A stretch of 63,349 bases of DNA, filler included. It is 9 parts of 9 records of this genome, joined end to end, with 100 filler letters (N's around TTAATTAATTAA, not from the genome) between each part and the next. Parts side by side here need not be neighbours in the genome. Positions count along the whole stretch, not along the records: positions 1 to 6,963 come from SRR31156797_33178; positions 7,064 to 12,539 come from SRR31156797_33179; 7 more parts are not named here. The stretch is one strand, 5' to 3'. A program made the translations under genes and the position numbers. Below the pieces are notes generated by a model, which ran no database searches, was not told where the DNA came from, and saw only the letters and a list, made by a program, of their open reading frames with translations. How positions within the stretch are numbered: the stretch's first letter is position 1; each line of letters begins with the position of its first letter. This document shows positions 1 through 9,122 of the stretch, in pieces.

Positions 1-673
1 CAGGATGAAGGGCGATCTGCCCAAGAACCTGGCGGTTGCCGAAGAGTGCGGCACCACCATTGAAACCTTGCGCGCCTACATGGAAAAAAGGGAAATTTTC
101 CAGATGGTCGATACCATCATGGAGGCGGGCAGGCGGGCGGCCCAGATCGTGGAAAACATGCTCAGCTTCAGCAGAAAGAGCGAAGGACGGCCAAAACCTG
201 AATTTCTCGAAAAGCTCATGGACAGGACCATTGAACTTGCGGAAAACGATTATGACCTGAAAAAGAACTTTGATTTCAGGCAGATCGAGATCGTCCGGGA
301 ATTTCAGCCGGACATGCCGCCTGTGGTATGCCAGGCAAGCAAGATTCAGCAGGTGCTGCTGAACCTTCTGAAAAACGGCGCCCACGCCATGGCCGACAAA
401 GAGGGGCCAAGCCAATTTTATCTAAGCATTGCCATGGAGGACGGCATGGCCTGTATGAGGGTGACGGACAACGGTACCGGCATGGACAAGGCCGTGTGCA
501 AACGAATCTTCGAACCCTTTTTCTCCACCAAAAAAAGCGGCACCGGCCTTGGCCTCTCCATCGCCTATTTCATCATTTCGGAGGACCATGAAGGTACCAT
601 CGAGGTGGAATCCGCCCCGGGCAAAGGCACCACCTTCATCATACGGCTGCCCATGGTTGACGCCCCCGCCTAG
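1..673 (+). CDS. Sensor histidine kinase, C-terminal part with HATPase_c domain (5' truncated)
   Basis: QVLLNLLKNGAHA (N box), DNGTGM (G1), FEPFFSTK (F), GTGLGL (G2). Confidence 0.9.
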   Translation, partial: RMKGDLPKNLAVAEECGTTIETLRAYMEKREIFQMVDTIMEAGRRAAQIVENMLSFSRKSEGRPKPEFLEKLMDRTIELAENDYDLKKNFDFRQIEIVREFQPDMPPVVCQASKIQQVLLNLLKNGAHAMADKEGPSQFYLSIAMEDGMACMRVTDNGTGMDKAVCKRIFEPFFSTKKSGTGLGLSIAYFIISEDHEGTIEVESAPGKGTTFIIRLPMVDAPA

Positions 674-755
674 GACAGGCGATTTGCAATAACCGGGAGG
701 GCTGAAGAAACGGGCATGGTCTCCTCGACGTCTCCGTTTCTCAAACGGGTATGAT

Positions 756-1634
756 TTACATCCGTTCGTTCATCCAGCTGAGAATATTTCCAAATATTTC
801 ATCACGGTTTACTTCATTGTAATTTTCATGGAAATTATCTTTATAAAAGTAGGATTTGTGCAATTCTTCCGGTATGGTGCCAAGCACGTCCCTTGAAACA
901 ACCGGATCTGCAAGATAATCTTTGCCTGCAATCACTGAAAACAGAGGATATTTCCTCCAGTTTTGAATATTTTCGATTACCCAGTTCTGGCATTTCTGTG
1001 ACTCGACGCCGAGTCTGGCACTCACTTTGGTACCCCTCAATCCCTTTCTTTCATCTTCATAATGTCTTTTGGTGATTTCCCGGTCGTGGGTGAGTTTATC
1101 GTTCAAAGATTCGAGTGTTACTGCAAATCTTGGAAAAACCGTTGCCATGAATTTGGAAAAGGACAGCAACACCGGCGAAATTTCAACCTTATTTTTCAGC
1201 CATGGTGAAGACAGGATAAATCCTTTGATATTTTCGTTTTTTCCCACGGAAAGGGCATACTTCAATGAGATGAGTGAACCGTTGGAGTGGCCCATGATAA
1301 AAACAGGCGTATCAGGATACTCTATTCTTATCATTTTATAATAATTGTGAATGTCCGTTGCATAATCATCATAGGAATTAATATGGAAGAAGTTTGTCTC
1401 ATTTTTATTGTATACGGGAAACGTGCCGTGCCATCTTAAATCCAGTGCAAATGTGGCGATATCGTGTTCCTTAAAAAAAAGAGCCGGGGTTACACAGTCA
1501 CCTGCGTGGGCAAACCCGCCGTGAATATTAATGATTATCGCCTTTATCTCATTATCGGGGAGCCACATATGGGACAATAGGTTCGTGTAAGGGTCAGCTT
1601 GAAATATTTCACATTTTGTTTCAGAAAATTCCAT
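756..1634 (-). CDS. Alpha/beta hydrolase, lysophospholipase/monoglyceride lipase (Hydrolase_4) family
   Basis: IHGG oxyanion loop, GHSNG nucleophile elbow, C-terminal FHE; ATG at 1634 preceded by AGGAGA. Confidence 0.85.
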   Translation of the reverse strand: MEFSETKCEIFQADPYTNLLSHMWLPDNEIKAIIINIHGGFAHAGDCVTPALFFKEHDIATFALDLRWHGTFPVYNKNETNFFHINSYDDYATDIHNYYKMIRIEYPDTPVFIMGHSNGSLISLKYALSVGKNENIKGFILSSPWLKNKVEISPVLLSFSKFMATVFPRFAVTLESLNDKLTHDREITKRHYEDERKGLRGTKVSARLGVESQKCQNWVIENIQNWRKYPLFSVIAGKDYLADPVVSRDVLGTIPEELHKSYFYKDNFHENYNEVNRDEIFGNILSWMNERM

Positions 1635-1760
1635 TATTTCTCCTAAAAGATCATAGAGATCAGCCACGCATTCAACATATTATCCTGATAATTATCAACC
1701 CCTCACCCTGAAGGCAAGGGCATATTGTATATTTTACGGGAAACGACTTCCTGTCGGTTA

Positions 1761-2987
1761 TCAGTCTTCTGCAGACGACCGCCCATGATTGACGCTCCCC
1801 GTCGGGAACAGATGATTCTCAACCACCGGGGGACTGGAGAAACGGACATCGTCCCCTGATACCCAAAGATTGAAAAACGAATCTCCATTGGTATGGATCT
1901 CTTGGGGGCCGGAACCGTTGAGGATGACGGTTCCGTAATTGTGAACAAACCCGCCCTCATTGTCCATATGGCCCGAAATCCTGATATCGGCCCCTTCCCG
2001 GGGAAACAACACCCCGTTGGTATCGATGAAGACGTTATGAAACCATGAATTCGTCGCCGGGGCAAAGATACCGGAGTAGATGGAAAGGAACCGGGCGCTC
2101 ATGGCGTCGGCCTCGACCTGGAAACCGGTATCGATCTCCAAACAATTAAAACGGGTAAACCCGACAATTCTCTGGGGCCCTTCTCCGCTGATGACAACGG
2201 TTCCCTGGCCTGGTACCACAAGGCCATGGTTGGTCCAGTCCCCCGTGACCATGAGCCGGGTGTCGTTTCCCAGGATTAATTTTCCCCTCTCCGAGATGGC
2301 GAAATCCTTGACAAACACAGGATTCACAGATTCCAGGATCAGGGTTCCATGGAGGACATTGATGGTTCCGTTGATGCGCAAGCCGGCATTGACAACCACT
2401 ATGGCACCGTTGGAGATGGTAAGGGTTTCATATGCCGTATCCGTATCCATGAAATAAACAATTGGCTTGTCAAACACCTGCTGGGGTGGAATACCAGGCG
2501 ATGGGGAATAAGACTCGATCCACCCATACCTGTAATGGAGTCCGTAATCATCCATGCGGATAAATTCAATGACGCAAAACCCCTCCTGGTACCGGATCAG
2601 GAGAGTGGTCCCATGGACTGAATGTATCGGGTCCTCTTTCAGGGTATCAAAAACGATAAGCGTCTTGTTAAAAAACGGAATGGCATGGGGATCAAAGGTC
2701 TGGCCGTCGATTTTGACGCCGACATAGGAGTAATATCCAATGGAGTTCCAGGAGGGGGGACCGGGGATAACATTGGCAAAGGAAACGCCCTCAATGGCGT
2801 AGACATATCCAAACCTGCCGTTTGCCCGGCTCCAGGGCATCTTGAATCTCCCCAGATCCATGGGAGTACCGAGACGACTGACCCCCTGATGTTTAATCAC
2901 ATCGCAATCCCCTGCCTGTCCCCACAGGCAGTTCATACAAACCGCCATCACCATAAACAGAATATATCTCAACGCCATAAGAAACAA
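1761..2987 (-). CDS. Secreted hypothetical protein with beta-rich adhesin/passenger-like repeats
   Basis: N-terminal signal-like segment; two similar units GDWTNHG..GQGTVVISGEGPQRI and GHMDNEG..NYGTVILNGSGPQEI. Confidence 0.6.
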   Translation of the reverse strand: MFLMALRYILFMVMAVCMNCLWGQAGDCDVIKHQGVSRLGTPMDLGRFKMPWSRANGRFGYVYAIEGVSFANVIPGPPSWNSIGYYSYVGVKIDGQTFDPHAIPFFNKTLIVFDTLKEDPIHSVHGTTLLIRYQEGFCVIEFIRMDDYGLHYRYGWIESYSPSPGIPPQQVFDKPIVYFMDTDTAYETLTISNGAIVVVNAGLRINGTINVLHGTLILESVNPVFVKDFAISERGKLILGNDTRLMVTGDWTNHGLVVPGQGTVVISGEGPQRIVGFTRFNCLEIDTGFQVEADAMSARFLSIYSGIFAPATNSWFHNVFIDTNGVLFPREGADIRISGHMDNEGGFVHNYGTVILNGSGPQEIHTNGDSFFNLWVSGDDVRFSSPPVVENHLFPTGSVNHGRSSAED

Positions 2988-3082
2988 CCTTTAAACCAAT
3001 AATAATTTTCATTAAAAACAACATTCTTCGGTAGCTAAACCATGGTACTCAGAAACAAAAATCGTTCCCGGATTCTACCAGT

Positions 3083-3098
3083 AGCAAATACCTTGCCA
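3083..3098 (-). promoter_or_regulatory. Sigma54 (-24/-12) promoter of the 1761-2987 gene
   Basis: Minus strand TGGCAAG-GTAT-TTGCT with exact GG-N10-GC spacing, about 95 nt upstream of the ATG. Confidence 0.75.
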
Positions 3099-3177
3099 GT
3101 CGGCAACCGACCATGGAACCCTCTGATTTTATAGGCGTTATTCAACAGAAAACAATAAAGACACCCATCCATGGACT

Positions 3178-3195
3178 TGTATGGAATTCCAGACA
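3178..3195. promoter_or_regulatory. Putative GlrR/QseF-type upstream activator site
   Basis: TGTA-TGGAATTCCA-GACA is a near-perfect palindrome, one mismatch from the TGTC-N10-GACA GlrR box; about 80 nt upstream of the sigma54 site. Confidence 0.55.
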
Positions 3196-3373
3196 GTCGA
3201 TCATGTCCCACAGGGAGTCCCCGTCACAACAAACTGGATTTTAAGGTCTTTTCTCACATTGAAGGGTTTTCCCTGCACCATGAAGCCGGGGAGTTCCCGG
3301 GAGGGATAAAACCGGGGAAAGGCCCCGGGGAAGCAGGGGCCTTTTTACCCTTGGCAGGATTGTATGAATTTAA

Positions 3374-4762
3374 CTACAGATCTCCCCTGAACTGGTCGGC
3401 CGTTAATCCGCACCGCTTCATCAGGTCGTAAAAATCAGCCCGGTAGCGGCCGGCGAGTTTCGCCGACTTGCTGACGTTCCCCTTGGTCAATCTGAGGAGC
3501 TGAACCAGGTAGTCCCGTTCAAAATCGAGCCGGGCCTCTTTCAAGGGCTTCAGTTCCACGGTCCGCCCCTGGATGTCGGGCATGATGAGGTCGTCTGAAA
3601 TCACCCGGCTTTCCGAGGTGGCAACGCAGAACTCCACCACATTCTTGAGTTCACGTATGTTTCCCGGCCATGGATGGTAAACGAGCTTTTCCATGGCCTT
3701 TGGGCTGAACTTTTGAACATCCCTGTCCATACGCGTCCTGAACTGGTTTAAAAAATGGTTGGCCAGCAGGGGAATGCTCTCCCGGCGCTCCCGTAAGGGC
3801 GGAAGGGTGATGGGAATCACATGGATCCGGTAGTACAGATCCTCCCTGAAGCTGCCCGAAGCGACCTCGTCGGCAAGGGTCCTGTTGGAGGCGGCAATGA
3901 TTCTTGCATCCAACCGTTTTTTTTCGCCGCTACCAAGGGGGTAGAATTCGTTTTCCTGGAGCACCCGCAACAGCTTGACCTGGATCGACAAGGGGATTTC
4001 TGAAATTTCATCAAAAAAAAACGTGCCCCCCCGGGCCTGCTCCAGCAACCCTTTTTTACTCTTGGAAGCCCCGGTAAACGCCCCCTGGGAATAGCCGAAC
4101 AGCTCACTTTCAAACAGGGTTTCCGGAATCGCACCGCAGTTGATGGCGACAAAGGGACCGTCCCGCCTGTCACTGGCCACATGGAGGGTCTTTGCGATGA
4201 GCTCCTTGCCGGTGCCGCTCTCTCCCTGGACAACCACCGTGGAATCGGTCATTGCGGCCTGGGAAACAAGCTTGAGGACCTCGACCATCTTATCATCCCT
4301 GCCGATGATATTGTCAAAGGCAAACCGGTCGGACACCATGCCCCTGAGCTCCTTCACCTCCCTGGCAAGCTTGTTTTTTTCAAGGCACTGGTTGACCTGC
4401 TGAATCAGGGCCACATCGTTATAGGGTTTTTCAAGAAAGCTGTAGGCACCTTTTTTAATGGCTTCCACCGCCTTGGCAATGGTTCCGTGGGCCGTAAGAA
4501 TAATCACCGCCATTTCAGGATCGTTCTGTTGAAGCCGCTCCATCAGCTCAACCCCGGTTTCCCCGACGAGCTGGTAATCGATCACGGCCAGGTCAAACAG
4601 ACCTGACGCCTGTTTTTCCAGGGCCTCCTTGCCGCCCAGCACCCCAGTCACCCGGAACCCCTCGGATTGAAGCCGCAACCGGATCAGCTTGAGCAAGCTT
4701 TCATCATCATCCACCACAAGAATGTTACCACGATTTTTTTGAAACTCTTTTTTTACAGCCAT
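3374..4762 (-). CDS. glrR: Sigma54-dependent response regulator, GlrR/QseF-like (REC-AAA+-HTH)
   Basis: REC domain, GESGTGKE Walker A, GAFTGA loop, and C-terminal FERDYLVQLLRLTKGNVS..AGRYRADFY characteristic of GlrR. Confidence 0.8.
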   Translation of the reverse strand: MAVKKEFQKNRGNILVVDDDESLLKLIRLRLQSEGFRVTGVLGGKEALEKQASGLFDLAVIDYQLVGETGVELMERLQQNDPEMAVIILTAHGTIAKAVEAIKKGAYSFLEKPYNDVALIQQVNQCLEKNKLAREVKELRGMVSDRFAFDNIIGRDDKMVEVLKLVSQAAMTDSTVVVQGESGTGKELIAKTLHVASDRRDGPFVAINCGAIPETLFESELFGYSQGAFTGASKSKKGLLEQARGGTFFFDEISEIPLSIQVKLLRVLQENEFYPLGSGEKKRLDARIIAASNRTLADEVASGSFREDLYYRIHVIPITLPPLRERRESIPLLANHFLNQFRTRMDRDVQKFSPKAMEKLVYHPWPGNIRELKNVVEFCVATSESRVISDDLIMPDIQGRTVELKPLKEARLDFERDYLVQLLRLTKGNVSKSAKLAGRYRADFYDLMKRCGLTADQFRGDL

Positions 4763-4799
4763 GGCCTGTCCTTATTAGATTCCGGTTATGGACTCCGCC

Positions 4800-5354
4800 C
4801 TATTTTTCAACGGTACCCCCCGGCTTTGGTTTTATGGTGCCCAGCCCGAGATCAATGGCCTTGTAGCTTTTGATCTGCTGTTTCAGCCGCGCGTTCTCCT
4901 TTTCAACCCCGCGAAACCGGACCAGGGACTTTTCCCGGGCCTTTTCCATGGCCTTGATCTTCTTTTGGAGTTTTTTCGCGGCTTTCGCCATGGAATCCAG
5001 GGATTGCGAAAGTTCCCGTTTTTGGTTATCCCGGGCCAATATCCCGTCAAGAAGCGTTGCGTAGATCTCCACCTCCTGTTTCAACAAGACTGTGGACACC
5101 CCATCCTGTTCAGAAAGACGATCCAGGCACCCTTTCACCCTGTTGTTCTCCTTTCTGGCCTGTTGAAACGCTCCCGTGTCCACCATCTCACGGAATCCCC
5201 CGCTATGCCGGCAGGCCTCGATCCCGGGATCCGCCACCGGTGCGACCTGCCTGGGTCCCCGGGGGTAACATCCCGCCAGAAAAAGGATCAGGCCTAAACA
5301 GCAGGCAAGGTAAAGATCATGGTTGTTCCCTGTGAAAGATCGCTTTTCGCCCAT
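4800..5354 (-). CDS. Coiled-coil lipoprotein, QseG/YfhG-like
   Basis: Lipobox LAGC, helical coiled-coil C-terminus ending LKQQIKSYKAIDL; lies between kinase and regulator. Confidence 0.6.
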   Translation of the reverse strand: MGEKRSFTGNNHDLYLACCLGLILFLAGCYPRGPRQVAPVADPGIEACRHSGGFREMVDTGAFQQARKENNRVKGCLDRLSEQDGVSTVLLKQEVEIYATLLDGILARDNQKRELSQSLDSMAKAAKKLQKKIKAMEKAREKSLVRFRGVEKENARLKQQIKSYKAIDLGLGTIKPKPGGTVEK

Positions 5355-6772
5355 AAATTTCCCCTGTGCGCCTTGATGATATATTTTGAGATGGAAAGCC
5401 CCAGCCCCGTTCCCATCCGTGTTCCCACGCCATTATCGATCTGCTTGAATTTTTCAAATACTTCTGTGAGATGCTTGGGAGCGATACCGCATCCGGTATC
5501 GCTCACCGATACCTTGACCTGGTTCTCCTCCTGGTCCCAGCCAATGGATACGGAGATCCTCCCCTGCTCGGGGGTATACTTTATCGCATTGCCGATCAGA
5601 TTGTTCATCACTTCCAGTATCCTGTCCCGGTCGATGAGCACCAACGGAAGCTCCTTAGGCGGCGGAACAAACTCAAGATCGATGTTCCGGGTATCACAGA
5701 GAGGGGCAAGCTTCAATATGGACCTCTGAATCACCTGGGGAAGGGAGAAGGAGTCAAAGCGATACGCCATCTCGCTGGCCTCCATCTTGGAGTAGTCAAG
5801 GATCCTGACCACGGAGTTCAGGAGACGGTCGCACTCATCCCGGATCAGGTGGTGCATCTCCTCCTGCTTTTCCCCATCCCCGGCAAAGAACCCGTTGGAA
5901 AGCATGGACGAAGCCTGCTTGATGGCCGCAAGGGGCGTCTTGAGCTCATGGGAGACATGGCTGAGCAAATCGGCCTTCAGGGCGTCGAGTTCCCCCAGGC
6001 GCTGGCACATGCGGTCGAAATGATCGGCAAGGTCCTGTATCTCGATGGGCCCCTGGAGGGAATCGATCCTGTCAAACCGGCCCTCGGCAATCTCCTTGGT
6101 TTTCTCCTTGAGAAGTGAGACCGAACGGGTGATGGAACGGATGGTAACGGTTAAAATGGAGATGCCTGCCGCAAGAACCGCCAGGGCGACCACCAGGGTG
6201 ATCAACGGAATCCGGTCGATCAGCCTGTCGGAGAGGATGGTCTTTTCCTTGATCGCCGCCTCGTTCAACTTCTTGATCTGCTGAAGGGCTGAAACCGTGC
6301 CCGCCCGACAGCACACCTTTTCCTCCGGCATCGGTGGGGGAAGATCATTTATCGCCTTAGTACGATGAATGGACAGCTCCTCAAGGGCAAATAGATACAG
6401 GTTGCATTCGCTTCTGGCAAGGCCAAGCAATTGCCGGTCTTCCGGGGTGTTGAGGAGACGGTCCAGTTCGTCCATATCGGAAAAAAGCGTCTGCCTGAGC
6501 AATTGAAACCGTTCATAGTAATCCATATCACCGGAGACGACATACTTTTCGCCAGCCTTGACAAGGTCCGGAAACGAATTCAGGAGGCGCTCAACAATAA
6601 TAATACCGGTCTTGTTGACATCGACGATCTCCCGGTTCACCTTTCGCAAGCTGTTAAGATTGACCATCACCACGCCGGCGAGGAGCACGATGAGCATGAG
6701 AATAACCAGGCTGCCCGCCAACAAACGGCCGGAAATGGTCAAGGGTACGATCTGTTTTGGAACGAGTTTCAA
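5294..6772 (-). CDS. Membrane sensor histidine kinase, GlrK/QseE-like (2 TM, HAMP, HisKA, HATPase)
   Basis: SHVSHELKTPL H-box, GPIEIQDL HAMP, GTGLGL; co-oriented with the GlrR-like regulator. Confidence 0.85.
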   Translation of the reverse strand: MKLVPKQIVPLTISGRLLAGSLVILMLIVLLAGVVMVNLNSLRKVNREIVDVNKTGIIIVERLLNSFPDLVKAGEKYVVSGDMDYYERFQLLRQTLFSDMDELDRLLNTPEDRQLLGLARSECNLYLFALEELSIHRTKAINDLPPPMPEEKVCCRAGTVSALQQIKKLNEAAIKEKTILSDRLIDRIPLITLVVALAVLAAGISILTVTIRSITRSVSLLKEKTKEIAEGRFDRIDSLQGPIEIQDLADHFDRMCQRLGELDALKADLLSHVSHELKTPLAAIKQASSMLSNGFFAGDGEKQEEMHHLIRDECDRLLNSVVRILDYSKMEASEMAYRFDSFSLPQVIQRSILKLAPLCDTRNIDLEFVPPPKELPLVLIDRDRILEVMNNLIGNAIKYTPEQGRISVSIGWDQEENQVKVSVSDTGCGIAPKHLTEVFEKFKQIDNGVGTRMGTGLGLSISKYIIKAHRGNLWAKSDLSQGTTMIFTLPAV

Positions 6773-6963
6773 TACAAATCCCCTGTTGGCTATTTATTTT
6801 TATGTACCGTGTTTATAACAGAAGGTAAACAGAAATTGCAAGCAGCTGTTCTTCACTTTTGAAAACAACACTGTCCGCATTTTTTCCATTTTACTAGACG
6901 GGGTGTCAGGAAATTTGTCAGGGGACGGTAATTTTAAACCCGGACATGGGCGTCCGGGTCACC

Positions 6964-7063
6964 NNNNNNNNNNNNNNNNNNNNNNNNNNNNNNNNNNNNN
7001 NNNNNNNTTAATTAATTAANNNNNNNNNNNNNNNNNNNNNNNNNNNNNNNNNNNNNNNNNNNN
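6964..7063. other. Artificial contig linker (N44-TTAATTAATTAA-N44). The same linker recurs at 12540-12639, 18083-18182, 31401-31500, 37777-37876, 43320-43419, 49093-49192 and 55934-56033
   Basis: Identical 100-nt N-spacers with a six-frame stop cassette; GC content and gene style change abruptly across each one. Confidence 0.98.
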
Positions 7064-7090
7064 CATACATTATGCTATTTGATTGATCAT

Positions 7091-7120
7091 AAAAAAAGGG
7101 TAACCATAAATGGTTACCCC
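7091..7120 (-). terminator. Rho-independent terminator after tmRNA
   Basis: GGGTAACCA-4 nt-TGGTTACCC hairpin followed by a U7 tract on the minus strand. Confidence 0.85.
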
Positions 7121-7136
7121 GTCAAGAAATAAAAAA

Positions 7137-7514
7137 TGGAGGTGGGGGGAATCGAACCCCCGTCCTATTGGGCGCTACCCAGGCCTCTACAGGTATAGTC
7201 TCTGCTTGAAATTTCGGACTGAACGAGAGGAAAAGACAACCCTGAACAATCCTACTTCCGGAAAGATGTCCCCTTTTAATCCCGGACTAGAAAAAGGGTA
7301 AGTCCTGGTTTCTGGCGGGCAGCCCCAGTCTCAGAACGGCGCCTGAGGTACCCGTCGCAACGTTAATTATGCTGCGAGTGCAAGTGCGGAGTTGTCGAAA
7401 GAAACGACAACTGTGTCTTCTTTTTTGGCACTTATCAAAAAGACAGTTTAAGGAGATAACGCTCCACCTGCAGCCCGACCAACGGAATCCAACAGTCGAA
7501 ACCTTTACACCCCC
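7137..7514 (-). ncRNA. ssrA: tmRNA; tag reading frame 7429-7367 encodes (A)AKKEDTVVVSFDNSALALAA*
   Basis: 5' GGGGGTGTAAAGGTTTCGAC and 3' GGGGGTTCGATTCCCCCCACCTCCA form a tRNA-Ala-like acceptor (G3.U) and T-arm; resume codon after ATAAGT; tag ends ALAA; smpB on the same contig. Confidence 0.97.
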
Positions 7515-7535
7515 GAAAGGGTAAATGGTGGGATC

Positions 7536-7564
7536 ATCATATAGAGATGCGGGCCCAGAGTCAA
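7536..7564 (-). promoter_or_regulatory. Sigma70 promoter of ssrA
   Basis: TTGACT-17 nt-TATGAT, ending 21 nt upstream of the mature 5' end. Confidence 0.8.
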
Positions 7565-7755
7565 GAGAGCCCCCGTATGAACGCTTATCCGGAATGAGGA
7601 AGAGCCTCTTGAATTCCACATTGGTAGTAAGCAGCATGGAATGATTAAAGACAATGGGGAAGGATTGGTCGAAGGCCTCCCTTCAATGCTCGTATTGATG
7701 GTCTTTATGTTGGGGGTTATACTGAATCCTCTTGTCTGGAACCGGAGGGATTGAA

Positions 7756-8067
7756 ATGAATACGCTGCAGGAGACTGTGAAATGGTTCTGTGATGAACAC
7801 AGCATGAACGCCGATGCGGAGAGCAGGTTCATCGATCTCAGCTCGGAACTGGGAGAGCTTGGCAAGGAGATCCTCAAGGGGACCGATTACGGAACCAGGG
7901 ATTTCTTAAAAAGCGAGGATCTGGCCCTTGAGATGGGGAATGTGCTGTTTTCCCTCCTGGCGCTGGCGAATGCATGCGACGTCGATATCTCAGAGGCTCT
8001 GTCCCGTGTACTGGATAAGTACAAAAGGCGGCTGGCCAAGGGCTCGGCCGGTTCCGAGAACGATTAG
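7756..8067 (+). CDS. MazG-like NTP pyrophosphohydrolase
   Basis: LSSELGELGKEILK...LALEMGNVLFSLLALAN helical motif; GGAGG RBS before ATG 7756. Confidence 0.8.
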   Translation: MNTLQETVKWFCDEHSMNADAESRFIDLSSELGELGKEILKGTDYGTRDFLKSEDLALEMGNVLFSLLALANACDVDISEALSRVLDKYKRRLAKGSAGSEND

Positions 8068-8107
8068 AATGAGAAGAAAATCTATAACAAGGCAGGTAAT
8101 GTGAACC

Positions 8108-9064
8108 GTGAGAGAGTTAAGGATCCATCACTTCTTCGATATTATCCGGGACTATGGGGCCGGCAAGGTCCTGGAGCCCCACGAATACGGCCACTCCTAT
8201 CATACCATCGGAGAAGAGATCTATAGCAACAGTCTGGAAGATGTCAGGTTCATTGTGAGAAACGACGATATCTGCCAGGGCTGCCGCCATTTGGATTCGG
8301 GAATCTGTCTTGATACCATCGGCCACCGAGCCGATTTCAGCTCCAAGCAGGAGTTCAACGACTACCTGGACCGCAGGATTATGAAGGCCATGGGGTACAG
8401 GGACGGCCAGGATATACGGGTTCGGCAGATCATCGAGGATGCGGACGCCTATCTGGACTCTATCTTTGAGATCTATGAGGGCAACGATCCGGAACATACG
8501 GAGATGAGGAAGAAGAACGTAGCCCTCGGGATCTCCCAGAAGAAACAGGAACTGCTTCAGGGAGGGGAGGAAGGAGACGCTATGAACGAAGAGCGGATCA
8601 GATTAGAGACGCTTGTCGATGAGCTTATGGGAAAATATTCTCATCTGAGCGAAGAGTTCTGTTCCCTGAAGCTTTCACAGGACAAGTGGTCGGTCAAAGA
8701 GATCTTCGGCCACCTTATCGACTCCACGGCCAACAATTATCAGAGGTTTGTCAGACTGCAGGAGAACGATGGACTGGACTTTCCCGCCTACGATTATAAC
8801 TGGGTGAATCTGATAAAGTACAATTCATATCCCTTTGGGCAGATCATGGCCCTTTGGAAGCAGTATAATCTGCTTCTGTGCCATATCATCGGCAACGTCG
8901 ATGCCTCTGCCCTCGATCATTGTTGGGTTGTGGGAGGGGATCGCCTGTCTTTGCGTTTTCTGATCTCCGATTATATCGATCATATGGAGCTTCATATTCG
9001 GCACCTGGAAGAACGGCTTGCAGAAATCCGTAGGGAAAGCGGACATGTCGGGGAAAATGATTGA
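8108..9064 (+). CDS. DUF1284-like domain fused in frame to a DinB_2 family protein
   Basis: N-half LRIHH...DDICQGC..C; C-half WSVKEIFGHL...DHMELH; internal RBS plus ATG at 8582. Confidence 0.6.
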   Translation: MRELRIHHFFDIIRDYGAGKVLEPHEYGHSYHTIGEEIYSNSLEDVRFIVRNDDICQGCRHLDSGICLDTIGHRADFSSKQEFNDYLDRRIMKAMGYRDGQDIRVRQIIEDADAYLDSIFEIYEGNDPEHTEMRKKNVALGISQKKQELLQGGEEGDAMNEERIRLETLVDELMGKYSHLSEEFCSLKLSQDKWSVKEIFGHLIDSTANNYQRFVRLQENDGLDFPAYDYNWVNLIKYNSYPFGQIMALWKQYNLLLCHIIGNVDASALDHCWVVGGDRLSLRFLISDYIDHMELHIRHLEERLAEIRRESGHVGEND

Positions 9065-9122
9065 ACCATAGGGATGCGAAAATGGACCTTTTGACCATAG
9101 GGCAAGGGCTTGAGGAGCTGCT

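Noticed and set aside
6870-6950. TGTC/GACA half-sites upstream of the GlrK-like gene
   Set aside because: None has the N10 palindromic spacing, and the region is cut by the contig end
7137-7170. tRNA-like 3' end
   Set aside because: It is the tRNA-like domain of tmRNA, not a separate tRNA
7287-7637. 116-aa ORF over ssrA, and other antisense/shadow ORFs (for example 5471-6118, 11839-12591, 32531-33136)
   Set aside because: They overlap well-supported genes and have no recognisable motifs
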